Positions 10,345-19,243 of a DNA stretch of 64,000 nucleotides are shown piece by piece. The position numbers and the translations under genes were made by a program. This stretch comes from Terriglobia bacterium (GTDB lineage: Bacteria > Acidobacteriota > Terriglobia > 2-12-FULL-54-10), in contig CAXVYR010000004.1 of the NCBI GenBank assembly GCA_963666975.2, forward strand, positions 2,304,001-2,368,000, read 5' to 3'. The notes under the pieces are model-generated. The model was not told where the DNA came from. It did no database searches and saw nothing but the letters and a program-made list of their open reading frames with translations. How positions within the stretch are numbered: position 1 is the first letter of the stretch; each line of letters starts with the position of its first letter.

Positions 10345-10821
10345 ATGGATCAGCTCATGCCCGTTGTCGGGACGATGGCCCTGCTCGGATCGGCTTTGGT
10401 GGGGGGCATCTTCTTCGCGTTCTCGAGCTTCGTGATGAAGGCCCTGTCGCGCCTACCGGCCGCCGAGGGCATCGCTGCGATGCAGTCGATCAACGTCGTC
10501 GTACTCAACCCGTCGTTTCTGGGAGCCTTCATCGGAACGGCCATCTTCTCGCTCGGCGCGGTAGTGCTCGCCGTCGTAGGCTGGGGTCGTCCCCCAACTC
10601 CCTTCCTCATCGGCGGGGCGACCTTCTACCTCGTGGGGACGTTCCTCGTCACCGCCTTGGGCAACGTCCCCTGGAACGACCAGCTGGCCGCGTTGTCCGT
10701 CAACGATGCCGGCGCCGCAGAGATGTGGGACCGCTACGTAGCCCGTTGGACCGCGTGGAACCACGTCCGGACGGTCGCCGCGATGGTTGCCGCGCTCCTG
10801 TACACCTTGGGCCTCATCTAA
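10345..10821 (+). CDS. DUF1772 / anthrone oxygenase-family membrane protein
   Basis: GIFFAFSSFVM, AMQSIN, NVPWND, WTAWNHVRT. Confidence 0.85.
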   Translation: MDQLMPVVGTMALLGSALVGGIFFAFSSFVMKALSRLPAAEGIAAMQSINVVVLNPSFLGAFIGTAIFSLGAVVLAVVGWGRPPTPFLIGGATFYLVGTFLVTALGNVPWNDQLAALSVNDAGAAEMWDRYVARWTAWNHVRTVAAMVAALLYTLGLI

Positions 10822-10835
10822 GGCGGTCGGTCGTA

Positions 10836-11252
10836 ATGTCGAGAGTACCCGACGTTGAGGAGCCCGATGTTTCGCTCGTGGGAGTGCTCTTCCGCGTGGT
10901 CCTACGGAAACTGGGGACGGTTCCGCAGCCGCTGCGCATTCACGCGCTGAGCCGGACCAGCCTGCGGGGATACGCGATGATGGAGGGGGCCCAAGAATCC
11001 GCGAAGTCGGCCCCACAGCATCTGAAGAAGCTGGCTCAGATTCGCGTTGCGACCCGAATCGGGTACCCGTTCTGAATCGACATCAACTCTGCCGGCGGCA
11101 GATAAGCCGGAGTGCCAATCGATCAGCTTCAGAAGATCGCGGACTACGCGAGGTCCTCGACCTTTTCGGATGACGAGAAGGCAGTCCTCCGACTGGCGGA
11201 CGCGATAGCGGGGACTCCAGCGGTTGTGCCTTCAGAGGTTTCCTCCTCCTGA
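10836..11252 (+). pseudogene. AhpD/carboxymuconolactone decarboxylase-like gene with in-frame TGA (probable Sec codon), now degraded
   Basis: RVATRIGYPF-TGA-IDINSAGGR-TAA-AGVPIDQLQKIADYARSSTFSDDEKAVLRLADAI; family-like sequence continues in frame past the TGA; SECIS-like hairpin at 11088-11102. Confidence 0.65.
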
Positions 11253-11455
11253 ATCCGGGATCGGCGCTGGAACACGAATAAAGGTTCACGCCGGAGGTCA
11301 ATAGAAGGTTACTTCTGCAATTTAAAATCGGAGATGCTGTCGAGGAATTCGGAACTCGTGAAAATCTTCCGGTCCCGGGGCGAGAGCGGTTCCCGTGACA
11401 GTGTAGAGTGGGGCAACAGGAAGCTAAGCCGTTTCCGCGTGCGCCAAGCCGAGGG

Positions 11456-11494
11456 GTTAGCAAGCGGACCCTTACACCAGTTTTTCAACAACCT
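11456..11494 (-). repeat. Partial copy of the MITE at 27741
   Basis: Reverse complement matches 27741-27779 with one mismatch. Confidence 0.8.
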
Positions 11495-11572
11495 CTTAGG
11501 AATGCTGGACTCTATTGCAATTTGAAGCGATAGCCTCTCTCTTTCGCTAGGGGAAGCGGGGCAGGAACGGTC

Positions 11573-12490
11573 CTAACGGCGCGGCGGGTTTTTTCCTTCC
11601 GGAGGCAGGGCGCGGTAGCGGCTGAATTCATGGTCGCCGGCTTTGCGACAACTGACCCACCGGTACCAGGGAGCTGTTTCAATAGAGAATCCGGCGCCTG
11701 CAATACTGCTGGGACGCATGGCAACACCTGGCCGGTCAACCGGCTCGGCACTCTCTTGTTCTCTGGGGATTCCGGGGCCGGCCTCTTGCGGGGCAACTGT
11801 CAGGAATTTTTCGTCCACCCACCCGCCCCGAACCAAGTGTCCGTAGAGCGTAGGACCCGCCTCGCACAGCAAGTACCGCACGCCGTGCTCCTTACGCAGC
11901 GTGCGCAGCAGCGATCCCAGGTCCACGGACCTCCCATAGCCAGATACCAAAACCTGCGTCTCGCCGGTATCGCCCAGGTTTCCGAAGCCCTCCGGGGTTG
12001 TGGCAATCAGCGTCTCCACATGCTCAGACCGGAACAAGCGGTAGTCGGCCAGCTTCAGGTTGCCGGAGCCGGTAACGAGGATGTTTCTCTGTTTGCCCCG
12101 GCCCAGCCGCTCGCGGCGCAGACGGAGCAACTCCGGGTCGGTGATGCGGAACACGGGACCTCCCGGGATGCCTCCGGAAAGCGTTTCCTGGATGAGCGAG
12201 CCCGCTCCGTAAAGGACCGCGTCGGCCTGCACCCGCAGCAGGTCCATCATCCAGCGGTCGTGGCGGCTTCGGGAGATCCACTCTCCTCCCGGCCGCTTCC
12301 CGCCAAAGGTAACCATGCCGTCGAGGCTCTGCACGAAGTTGGCGTAAACCCACGGACGGTCCGGGGGCGGGTCGGGAAAACCCAGGTTGCCTGCAAACCG
12401 GAGCAGGCCCGCGGGCAGCGCGGGATTCGGTTCGCTGGTGTCAAACAACACTTCAAAGGGATCCAGCCCTGGTGGCGCTTTGAATTCCAT
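11573..12490 (-). CDS. RibD C-terminal / dihydrofolate reductase-like protein
   Basis: RPWVYANFVQSLDG, LRVQADAVLYGAGS, LLCEAGPTL. Confidence 0.8.
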   Translation of the reverse strand: MEFKAPPGLDPFEVLFDTSEPNPALPAGLLRFAGNLGFPDPPPDRPWVYANFVQSLDGMVTFGGKRPGGEWISRSRHDRWMMDLLRVQADAVLYGAGSLIQETLSGGIPGGPVFRITDPELLRLRRERLGRGKQRNILVTGSGNLKLADYRLFRSEHVETLIATTPEGFGNLGDTGETQVLVSGYGRSVDLGSLLRTLRKEHGVRYLLCEAGPTLYGHLVRGGWVDEKFLTVAPQEAGPGIPREQESAEPVDRPGVAMRPSSIAGAGFSIETAPWYRWVSCRKAGDHEFSRYRALPPEGKNPPRR

Positions 12491-12788
12491 GGTAGATGCT
12501 GATGCTGATGCTGATGCTGCGGGCCGCAGTTTAACGAGTTGCAGTATAGAAGGGTTGCCGGTTCCAGACAAGAGTGTGTATGCCGTCCTAAAACGCTCTG
12601 CACGCAGACCACGCAGTGGCCGCAGTATTGACTTCTGCCCCCTTCACCACGAATCCAACTAGTTGTAATATAATGGGATTACCCTTCTTTTCCGGCTCCT
12701 GACGTCGGCACAAGAAAGGCCGGTACTGGCAGAAGGGCGCAGGTTTTGTAACGCAGTGAGCCGAGGGCGGCGAGTTGAGGATGGCCTC

Positions 12789-13880
12789 ATGCTGATGTTA
12801 AACAAGTTGAGAGAGATCGAGACGCGCTACGAGGAGTTGAACATCCAGCTCAGCACGCCGGAGATCATCGCCGACACTCAGCTCTACCAAAAGACCGCCA
12901 AGGCCCACAGTGAACTGGCCGCTATTGTGGACAAATTCCGCCAGTGGAAGGACCTGGAAAAGTCTCTCGCCGAGACTAAGGGAATGCTGGAAGAGGAAGA
13001 GTCGGAGCAGGACCCCGAGCTGCGCGCCCTGGCCGAAGAGGAATGGGTCACGCTCGAACGGAAGCGCGACCAGACCGAGGGCGAGATGAAGCTCTTGCTG
13101 GTTCCCAAAGACCCCAACGACGAGAAGAACGTGGTGCTCGAAATCCGCGCCGGGACGGGCGGCGATGAGGCCACGCTATTCGCGCAAGAAATATTCCGCA
13201 TGTACTGCCGCTACGCCGAATCGCAGCGCTGGCGAGTGGAGATGCTTTCCAGCAGCTACTCCGGCATCGGGGGCCTCAAGGAGGTCATCGCGATGATTGA
13301 GGGCAGCCACGTGTACAGCAAGATGAAGTACGAAAGCGGCGTGCACCGGGTGCAGCGAGTGCCTCAGACCGAGCAGCAGGGCCGCGTCCATACCTCGGCG
13401 GTGACGGTGGCCGTGCTGCCGGAAGCCAATGAGGTGGAAGTGGCGGTCGATCCCAAGGAAATCCGCATCGACACTTTCTGCTCCTCCGGCCCCGGAGGGC
13501 AGTCGGTGAACACCACTTACTCTGCCGTCCGCATCACCCACCAGCCGACCGGCTTGGTGGTCTCCTGCCAGGATGAGAAATCGCAGATCAAAAACAAGGC
13601 CAAGGCGATGAGGGTGCTGCGCAGCCGCTTGCTCGCCCTGGAGCAGGAAAAGCAGCACAACGCCCTGGCCCAGGAGCGCAAGGCCATGGTGGGGAGCGGC
13701 GACCGCAGCGAAAAGATCCGAACCTACAACTTCCCTCAGAACCGCCTCACCGACCACCGCATCGGGCTGACGCTTTATCAGCTCGACTCGGTAATGGAAG
13801 GCCGCCTGGAGCCGGTGGTGGAGCCTCTGGTCACTCACTACCAGGCCGAGAAGCTCAAGCAGGAGATGGTGACTGTGTGA
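12789..13880 (+). CDS. prfA: Peptide chain release factor 1
   Basis: GGQ motif (GPGGQSVN), PxT (PQT), [22 protein letters not shown]. Confidence 0.97.
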   Translation: MLMLNKLREIETRYEELNIQLSTPEIIADTQLYQKTAKAHSELAAIVDKFRQWKDLEKSLAETKGMLEEEESEQDPELRALAEEEWVTLERKRDQTEGEMKLLLVPKDPNDEKNVVLEIRAGTGGDEATLFAQEIFRMYCRYAESQRWRVEMLSSSYSGIGGLKEVIAMIEGSHVYSKMKYESGVHRVQRVPQTEQQGRVHTSAVTVAVLPEANEVEVAVDPKEIRIDTFCSSGPGGQSVNTTYSAVRITHQPTGLVVSCQDEKSQIKNKAKAMRVLRSRLLALEQEKQHNALAQERKAMVGSGDRSEKIRTYNFPQNRLTDHRIGLTLYQLDSVMEGRLEPVVEPLVTHYQAEKLKQEMVTV

Positions 13881-13886
13881 ACGGCA

Positions 13887-14018
13887 ATGAGAAAGCGCTA
13901 CGACTTTTCTAAAGCGAAACGCAACCCGTATTCCCGGCGGCTCAAGCAGCAGGCGACGATCCGGCTGGACAAGACTCGCGGGAATTTACGGCGTTCATTC
14001 TATATACCACGGGGCTAG
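13887..14018 (+). pseudogene. Truncated BrnA-like antitoxin (N-terminal fragment)
   Basis: MRKRYDFSKAKRNPYSRRLKQQATIRLD, then diverges and stops after 43 aa. Confidence 0.65.
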
Positions 14019-14069
14019 GCGCCTGTGCCGGGTCGATTGGCTCGCATGCCAATCCAGTACATTTTGCGT

Positions 14070-14291
14070 ATGAGTTCAGTCAACATCCAGGAAATCCTAA
14101 AACTGAGTGTGGCGGAACGGATCGAGATCGTCGAAGCCATCTGGGATAGCATCACGGCTTCGCCAGAGAGCCTGCCGGTTACTGCGGCCCAAAAACGGGA
14201 GTTGGATCGTCGGCTTGCGGAACACCGGACGAACCCCGAAGCGGGAGAAACCTGGGAAGAGATTCGAGACTCCCTGGACGAGAACCAGTGA
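14070..14291 (+). CDS. Addiction module antitoxin (TIGR02574-like)
   Basis: LSVAERIEIVEAIWDSI...QKRELDRRL...WEE. Confidence 0.88.
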   Translation: MSSVNIQEILKLSVAERIEIVEAIWDSITASPESLPVTAAQKRELDRRLAEHRTNPEAGETWEEIRDSLDENQ

Positions 14292-14584
14292 GGCTACGCC
14301 TCACCCCGCCAGCCGAAGCCGACGTCCGGGACATCCACACTTGGTACAGAGATCAAGGTGAAAGCTTGGCTCCGGAGTTCCGGCAGGCTCTCGACTCTTG
14401 CTTGAGCCGGGTCCGGCAAAACCCGCTGACATATCCCAGGGTTCACGGGGAAATCCGCCGGGCACTGCTGCAACGGTTTCCTTACTGCGTTTTCTACGTG
14501 GTCAGCGAGTCGGAGGTGGCAGTCATCGGGGTCCTGCACGGCCATCGTGATCCGAAGGTCTGGCAGTCTCGCCAAGACGCCTGA
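14288..14584 (+). CDS. RelE/ParE-family toxin
   Basis: AEADVRDIHTWY, RRALLQRFPYCVFY, VLHGHRDP; overlaps the antitoxin stop. Confidence 0.88.
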   Translation: MRLRLTPPAEADVRDIHTWYRDQGESLAPEFRQALDSCLSRVRQNPLTYPRVHGEIRRALLQRFPYCVFYVVSESEVAVIGVLHGHRDPKVWQSRQDA

Positions 14585-14717
14585 CAGCACACTACAGTGA
14601 CTGATAAGGCTTACATTGCAACGTTCTGGATATAATGAGCCGACTTTCGGAATTCCGCAGTGTGCGGTACGTTCGTAGGGGATAGCAAGAGGCGAGCAGC
14701 TTGACCGTTGAATTGCT

Positions 14718-15443
14718 ATGACGACTCGAAATGAACAACCATGGGCCTCTGGGCCAGGAGAGATTCTCCTACACGGGCTGAAACTGTTGACCGAGGATTC
14801 TGGCACGACTCGCCGCCTAGCTCTAATAGCCATCGACAATGCTGTTGAGCTTATCATCAAAACCTATTTGAGCTTACCTAAAAGGGTAACGGGCCTCTCC
14901 ATTCCACGTAAGCGTTTAGAGGAAATTTCCGAAAGCTTCCCTTCACTGCTTGATGAACTCGAAGGCTGTGCGCCGGACAAATTGCAAGGAGTTGATCTTG
15001 CATCTATTGAATGGTATCACCGAATACGAAATCAGTTATACCATCAGGGATTTGGGCTATCAGTCGAGCGTGAGAAAGTCGAGATTTACGCTGAGTTAGC
15101 CAATTCGCTTTTCAAGAATCTGTTCGGGACGAGTGTCATTGAGGATAGGAAAGAAGGAACAGAACTTTTGGGTCGTTTCATCCAACTCTGGCCTCGATTG
15201 GAAAGTGGCCTTGCAGATATTGCAAGCGACCACACACTAACTGCTGGCAGGCCAAGAACATTACTTGCTACCGTGAAGTTCCTTAGGGAAGGACATATCT
15301 TCCCGAAAGAAGAACTTGACGAGATTGAGAGGCTAAGAAAACTTCGTAACGAGGTGGTCCACGGAATGGTCGACTACAGGCAGGTTCTTGATGAAAAAAC
15401 TGTGGATAGAGTGGAGCAACTTGTTCATTCGCTTGAAGAGTAA
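14718..15443 (+). CDS. Putative tandem-HEPN protein
   Basis: Two RxxxxH motifs (RNQLYH, RNEVVH), each after a HEPN-like helix carrying an acidic residue (DNAVE; PRLE); more AT-rich than flanks. Confidence 0.65.
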   Translation: MTTRNEQPWASGPGEILLHGLKLLTEDSGTTRRLALIAIDNAVELIIKTYLSLPKRVTGLSIPRKRLEEISESFPSLLDELEGCAPDKLQGVDLASIEWYHRIRNQLYHQGFGLSVEREKVEIYAELANSLFKNLFGTSVIEDRKEGTELLGRFIQLWPRLESGLADIASDHTLTAGRPRTLLATVKFLREGHIFPKEELDEIERLRKLRNEVVHGMVDYRQVLDEKTVDRVEQLVHSLEE

Positions 15444-15474
15444 ACCGGAATTACACAGAGCTGAACGTCCTGCT

Positions 15475-15542
15475 GCTCAATAAATCTCTACAGCCCACAT
15501 CCGCTGAAGCCGGAGGCGATGTTGAGCTTGATGTCGTTATCA
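15475..15542 (+). other. Degenerate attC-like recombination site
   Basis: GCTCAAT...CTACAGCCCACATCCGC-GCGATGTTGAGCTT...GTTATCA resembles the R''-L''-L'-R' layout. Confidence 0.4.
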
Positions 15543-15627
15543 GGCGCGTACATTAACCAAAACTACAATACTCCGACGCCGCTTTCTCTCTCTGAACCAG
15601 ATACATTCTTGGGCTGAATGCCGGCTT

Positions 15628-16515
15628 ATGCAATTGAAAGACGCCTTGGCGCAGGGGATCGAGCTGCTCGAAAAGGGCCGCATCCCTTCGCCTCGCCTTA
15701 CCGCCGAAGTGTTGTTGATGCACGCGGTCCATTGTGACCGCGCCCACCTCCACGCTCATCCGGAGCGGGAACTCTCCGACAGCGAATGGGTTCACTATGG
15801 CCGCTATTTGAACGAGCGGCTCCAGGGCAAGCCCACCCAGTACATCACCGGCCGTCAGGAGTTCTGGGGGATGGAGTTTCTGGTGAACCCGTCGGTTCTC
15901 ATCCCCCGTCCCGAGACCGAGCATGTCGTAGAGGCTGCGCTGGAGCTGGCCCGCGCGCACTTCCCGCCGGGTGGTGACTGCCGCATCGCCGACGTCGGCA
16001 CCGGCTCCGGCTGCATCGCCGTGGCGCTCGCCAGCGAGCTGCCGCACGCCACGATCTATGCTCTGGAGCAGTCACCGGAGGCTCTGGAGACCGCGCGGCA
16101 GAACGCCCGGTGGCTGGGCGTGAAGAATCAGATCACCTTCTTGCAATCGGACCTGTTGGAAATTGATTCCGTCGAAGCGCTGCCGCAGCTTGAAATGGTG
16201 GCCTGCAACCCTCCTTATGTCGCCGAGCGCGACCAGAGCAAAGTGCAAGCGGAGGTGCGCAACTTTGAGCCTCACGCCGCCGTCTTTGCCGGAGAATCCG
16301 GCCAGGAAGCCTACCGCAAGCTGATTCCCCAGGCCACCCGAGCCCTGCGTTTGGGGGGCTATCTGGTGCTCGAACTGGGATATGATGCCGAAGAGCGGGT
16401 ACGCAACCTTTTGCCGTCCTCCGAGTGGGACGAGGTTCGCTCGTGGCCCGACTTGGCCGGCATTGTGCGGGTCGTCACCGCCCGGCGCAGGCCGAGGTCG
16501 TCGGCAGAGAAATAG
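15628..16515 (+). CDS. prmC: Release factor glutamine methyltransferase
   Basis: PTQYITG, LIPRPETE, DVGTGSGCIA, NPPY. Confidence 0.96.
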   Translation: MQLKDALAQGIELLEKGRIPSPRLTAEVLLMHAVHCDRAHLHAHPERELSDSEWVHYGRYLNERLQGKPTQYITGRQEFWGMEFLVNPSVLIPRPETEHVVEAALELARAHFPPGGDCRIADVGTGSGCIAVALASELPHATIYALEQSPEALETARQNARWLGVKNQITFLQSDLLEIDSVEALPQLEMVACNPPYVAERDQSKVQAEVRNFEPHAAVFAGESGQEAYRKLIPQATRALRLGGYLVLELGYDAEERVRNLLPSSEWDEVRSWPDLAGIVRVVTARRRPRSSAEK

Positions 16516-16545
16516 CAGGGAATCCGCAGGAGAATCCAGTTGTCA

Positions 16546-17898
16546 ATGTCCCCGGCCAACCACCACCCAGCCATCCTGCACGTGGACATGGATGCCTTCT
16601 TCGTCTCGGTGGAAGAGTTGTACGATTCTTCTCTCCGCGGGAAGCCCGTGATCGTCGGAGGGAAGCCCAACCAGCGGGGAGTGGTGGCTGCGGCTTCCTA
16701 CGCGGCGCGCCGTTTCGGCGTTCACTCCGCCATGCCGCTCACTCGGGCGGCGCGGCTCTGTCCGCAGGCGATTTTTCTTCCGGGCCGCCGCGAGCGATAC
16801 AGCGCGGCGTCGCGGCAGATTAAGGAGATATTTCAAAAATTCTCTCCTCGCGTGGAAATGGTATCTGTGGATGAGGCCTATTTGAATCTAACCGGAAGCG
16901 AGCGCCTGTTCGGCTCCCCGCTTCGCGCGGCGCATTTGCTCCACGAGGAAGTCGCCCGGAATGCCCGCCTGCCCTGCTCGATAGGAGTCTCCACCACGCG
17001 GCTGGTCTCCAAGGTTGCCTCCGCCCAAGCCAAACCGAACGGCGTCCTTTGGGTGATGCAAGGAACAGAGGCGGCCTTCCTGGCCCCGTTGCCGGTGGGA
17101 AAAATACCCGGCGTCGGCAAAGTCACCGAAAAACATCTGCGAGAGCTGGGCGTTCATCGCGTAGGCGACCTGGCGCGGCTGGGACGAGACACTCTGGAAT
17201 CCAAATTGGGCCGGTACGGAGCGGCATTGTTTGCTAAGTCGCAAGGGAACCAGGAACGCGAGGGAGTTTTGACCGGCGCGGAATGGGATGCAGGATGGGA
17301 CGCGGCGGATGAGAATGAAGATGAGGATGAGGATAATGACCGGGCCAAGAGCATCGGGCATGAGGAGACTTTTGGCGAAGACCTCGCGGACCCGGCTACG
17401 CTGGAGACCACGCTGGCTGATTTGTCGCAGAGGGTAGCGGCACGCTTGCGGCAACAGGGGCTTTATGCCCGCACCATCACCTTGAAGTTGCGATACGCCA
17501 GCTTCCAAACCCTCACCCGCGCTCAAACCTTGGCCGAGCCGACCAACCTGGACGGCAGTATCCTAGACACCGCTCGCCGCCTCTTCCAGCGGAACTGGAA
17601 CCGGAAACGAAAGGTGCGGTTGCTGGGGGTGCAGGCGAGCGGCCTCAGTGACCGTGCGGGCCAGGCGAATCTTTTAACCGCTTCTGCGGACCAGAAGTGG
17701 GGCCGCGCGCTGGCTGCGGCGGACAGTTTGCGGAACCGCTTCGGTTTCGCAAGCGTCCAGTTGGCGACTGCGCTGCCGTCGACCGCACTGTCTCCAGCCA
17801 ATGCCGAACAGCAACCGGAGGCCGCCCCCCGGAAGCCTCTAACCCGCAAGCAATCGGCTCGGAAGCCCTTAGCCCAGAACTATGCCCATGAGGATTAA
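16546..17898 (+). CDS. dinB: DNA polymerase IV
   Basis: ILHVDMDAFFVSVE, SYAARRFGVHSAMP, SVDEAYL, KPNG. Confidence 0.95.
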   Translation: MSPANHHPAILHVDMDAFFVSVEELYDSSLRGKPVIVGGKPNQRGVVAAASYAARRFGVHSAMPLTRAARLCPQAIFLPGRRERYSAASRQIKEIFQKFSPRVEMVSVDEAYLNLTGSERLFGSPLRAAHLLHEEVARNARLPCSIGVSTTRLVSKVASAQAKPNGVLWVMQGTEAAFLAPLPVGKIPGVGKVTEKHLRELGVHRVGDLARLGRDTLESKLGRYGAALFAKSQGNQEREGVLTGAEWDAGWDAADENEDEDEDNDRAKSIGHEETFGEDLADPATLETTLADLSQRVAARLRQQGLYARTITLKLRYASFQTLTRAQTLAEPTNLDGSILDTARRLFQRNWNRKRKVRLLGVQASGLSDRAGQANLLTASADQKWGRALAAADSLRNRFGFASVQLATALPSTALSPANAEQQPEAAPRKPLTRKQSARKPLAQNYAHED

Positions 17899-19243
17899 GC
17901 AATCAACGGCAGTCCCCCAGAACGCGGCCTCTGACGCCCGGCGATTGGCCGAGCGAGTAGCGCGCCAACTGCGAGACCAGGGTGATCAGGCTTATTTCGT
18001 GGGTGGGTGCGTGCGGGACATGCTGCGGGGAGTGGAGCCGAAAGATTACGACGTGGCGACCGACGCCCGGCCGGAGCAGGTATTGGATTTGTTTCCTCAT
18101 GCTCTGGCGGTGGGAGCGCAGTTCGGGGTGGTGATGGTAGTGGAGGGGAGTCATCAAGTGGAGGTGGCCACCTTCCGCAACGACGGCCTCTATAGCGATG
18201 GACGCCGCCCGGACGAGGTCAGCTTTTCCCGCGAGCCCCGCGAAGACGTACAGCGCCGCGACTTCACCATCAACGGGCTCCTGATGGACCCCGCCACCGG
18301 CGAAGTACTCGACTTCGTCGAAGGCAGGAAGGACATGGAGCGGCGTCTGGTCCGCGCCATCGGCGATCCGGAACGGCGCTTTGAGGAAGACAGGCTGCGG
18401 ATGCTGCGTGCCGTGCGCTTCGCCGCCTGCCTCGGCTACGAGATTGACCCGGAGACCTTCGCCGCTGTCAAACACATGAGCCCGAAGATCGCCGGGGTCA
18501 GCGCCGAGCGAGTGCGAGACGAGCTGCTCCGCATCCTGTGCGGGGGACACGCTCGCCGTGGCTTTGAACTGCTGGATGAAGCCGGGCTGCTCGAAAAACT
18601 CCTTCCGGAAATAACGGCGATGAAAGGCGTGGAGCAGCCTCCGCAGTACCATCCTGAAGGGGATGTTTGGATACACACGATGCTGATGCTGGAATCTCTA
18701 GAGGCCGGTTGCTCGCCCACGCTCGCCATGGGGGTGCTGCTGCACGACGTAGGCAAGCCGCCTACCTTCCGTGTAGCAGAAGACCGCATCCGGTTCGACC
18801 AGCATGTTTCCGTCGGGGCGCGAATGGCGGAGGTGATTTGCCGACGCCTGCGCCTCTCGCGAGAGCAGAGCGGGCAGGTCACGGCGCTGGTGGAGCACCA
18901 CCTGAAGTTTCGCGACGCGCCCCGCATGCGCGCCAGCACCTTGAAGCGGTTCTTGCGTCTGGAAAAATTCGAGGAGCATCTGGAGTTGCATCGCCTCGAT
19001 TGTCTTTCCAGCCACCGCAGCATGGACAGCCACGAATGGGCGCGCGCCAAACTGCGGGAGCTGCCTGCGGAGGCCCTCCGGCCCAGGCCGTTGGTCAACG
19101 GCGATGACCTGATCGAGATGGGTTACCCGCCCGGACCTCGGTTTAGGGAGATTCTCCAGACTGTCGAAACCGCCCAACTGGAGGAGCAAATCGTCTCCCG
19201 GGAGGCGGCATTGAAATTCGTGAAAGAGCAGTTTTCTCTGTGA
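17882..19243 (+). CDS. CCA tRNA nucleotidyltransferase with HD domain
   Basis: VGGCVRD, DYDVAT, RRDFTIN, EDRLRMLRAVRF, LLHDVGK. Confidence 0.9.
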   Translation: MPMRIKQSTAVPQNAASDARRLAERVARQLRDQGDQAYFVGGCVRDMLRGVEPKDYDVATDARPEQVLDLFPHALAVGAQFGVVMVVEGSHQVEVATFRNDGLYSDGRRPDEVSFSREPREDVQRRDFTINGLLMDPATGEVLDFVEGRKDMERRLVRAIGDPERRFEEDRLRMLRAVRFAACLGYEIDPETFAAVKHMSPKIAGVSAERVRDELLRILCGGHARRGFELLDEAGLLEKLLPEITAMKGVEQPPQYHPEGDVWIHTMLMLESLEAGCSPTLAMGVLLHDVGKPPTFRVAEDRIRFDQHVSVGARMAEVICRRLRLSREQSGQVTALVEHHLKFRDAPRMRASTLKRFLRLEKFEEHLELHRLDCLSSHRSMDSHEWARAKLRELPAEALRPRPLVNGDDLIEMGYPPGPRFREILQTVETAQLEEQIVSREAALKFVKEQFSL

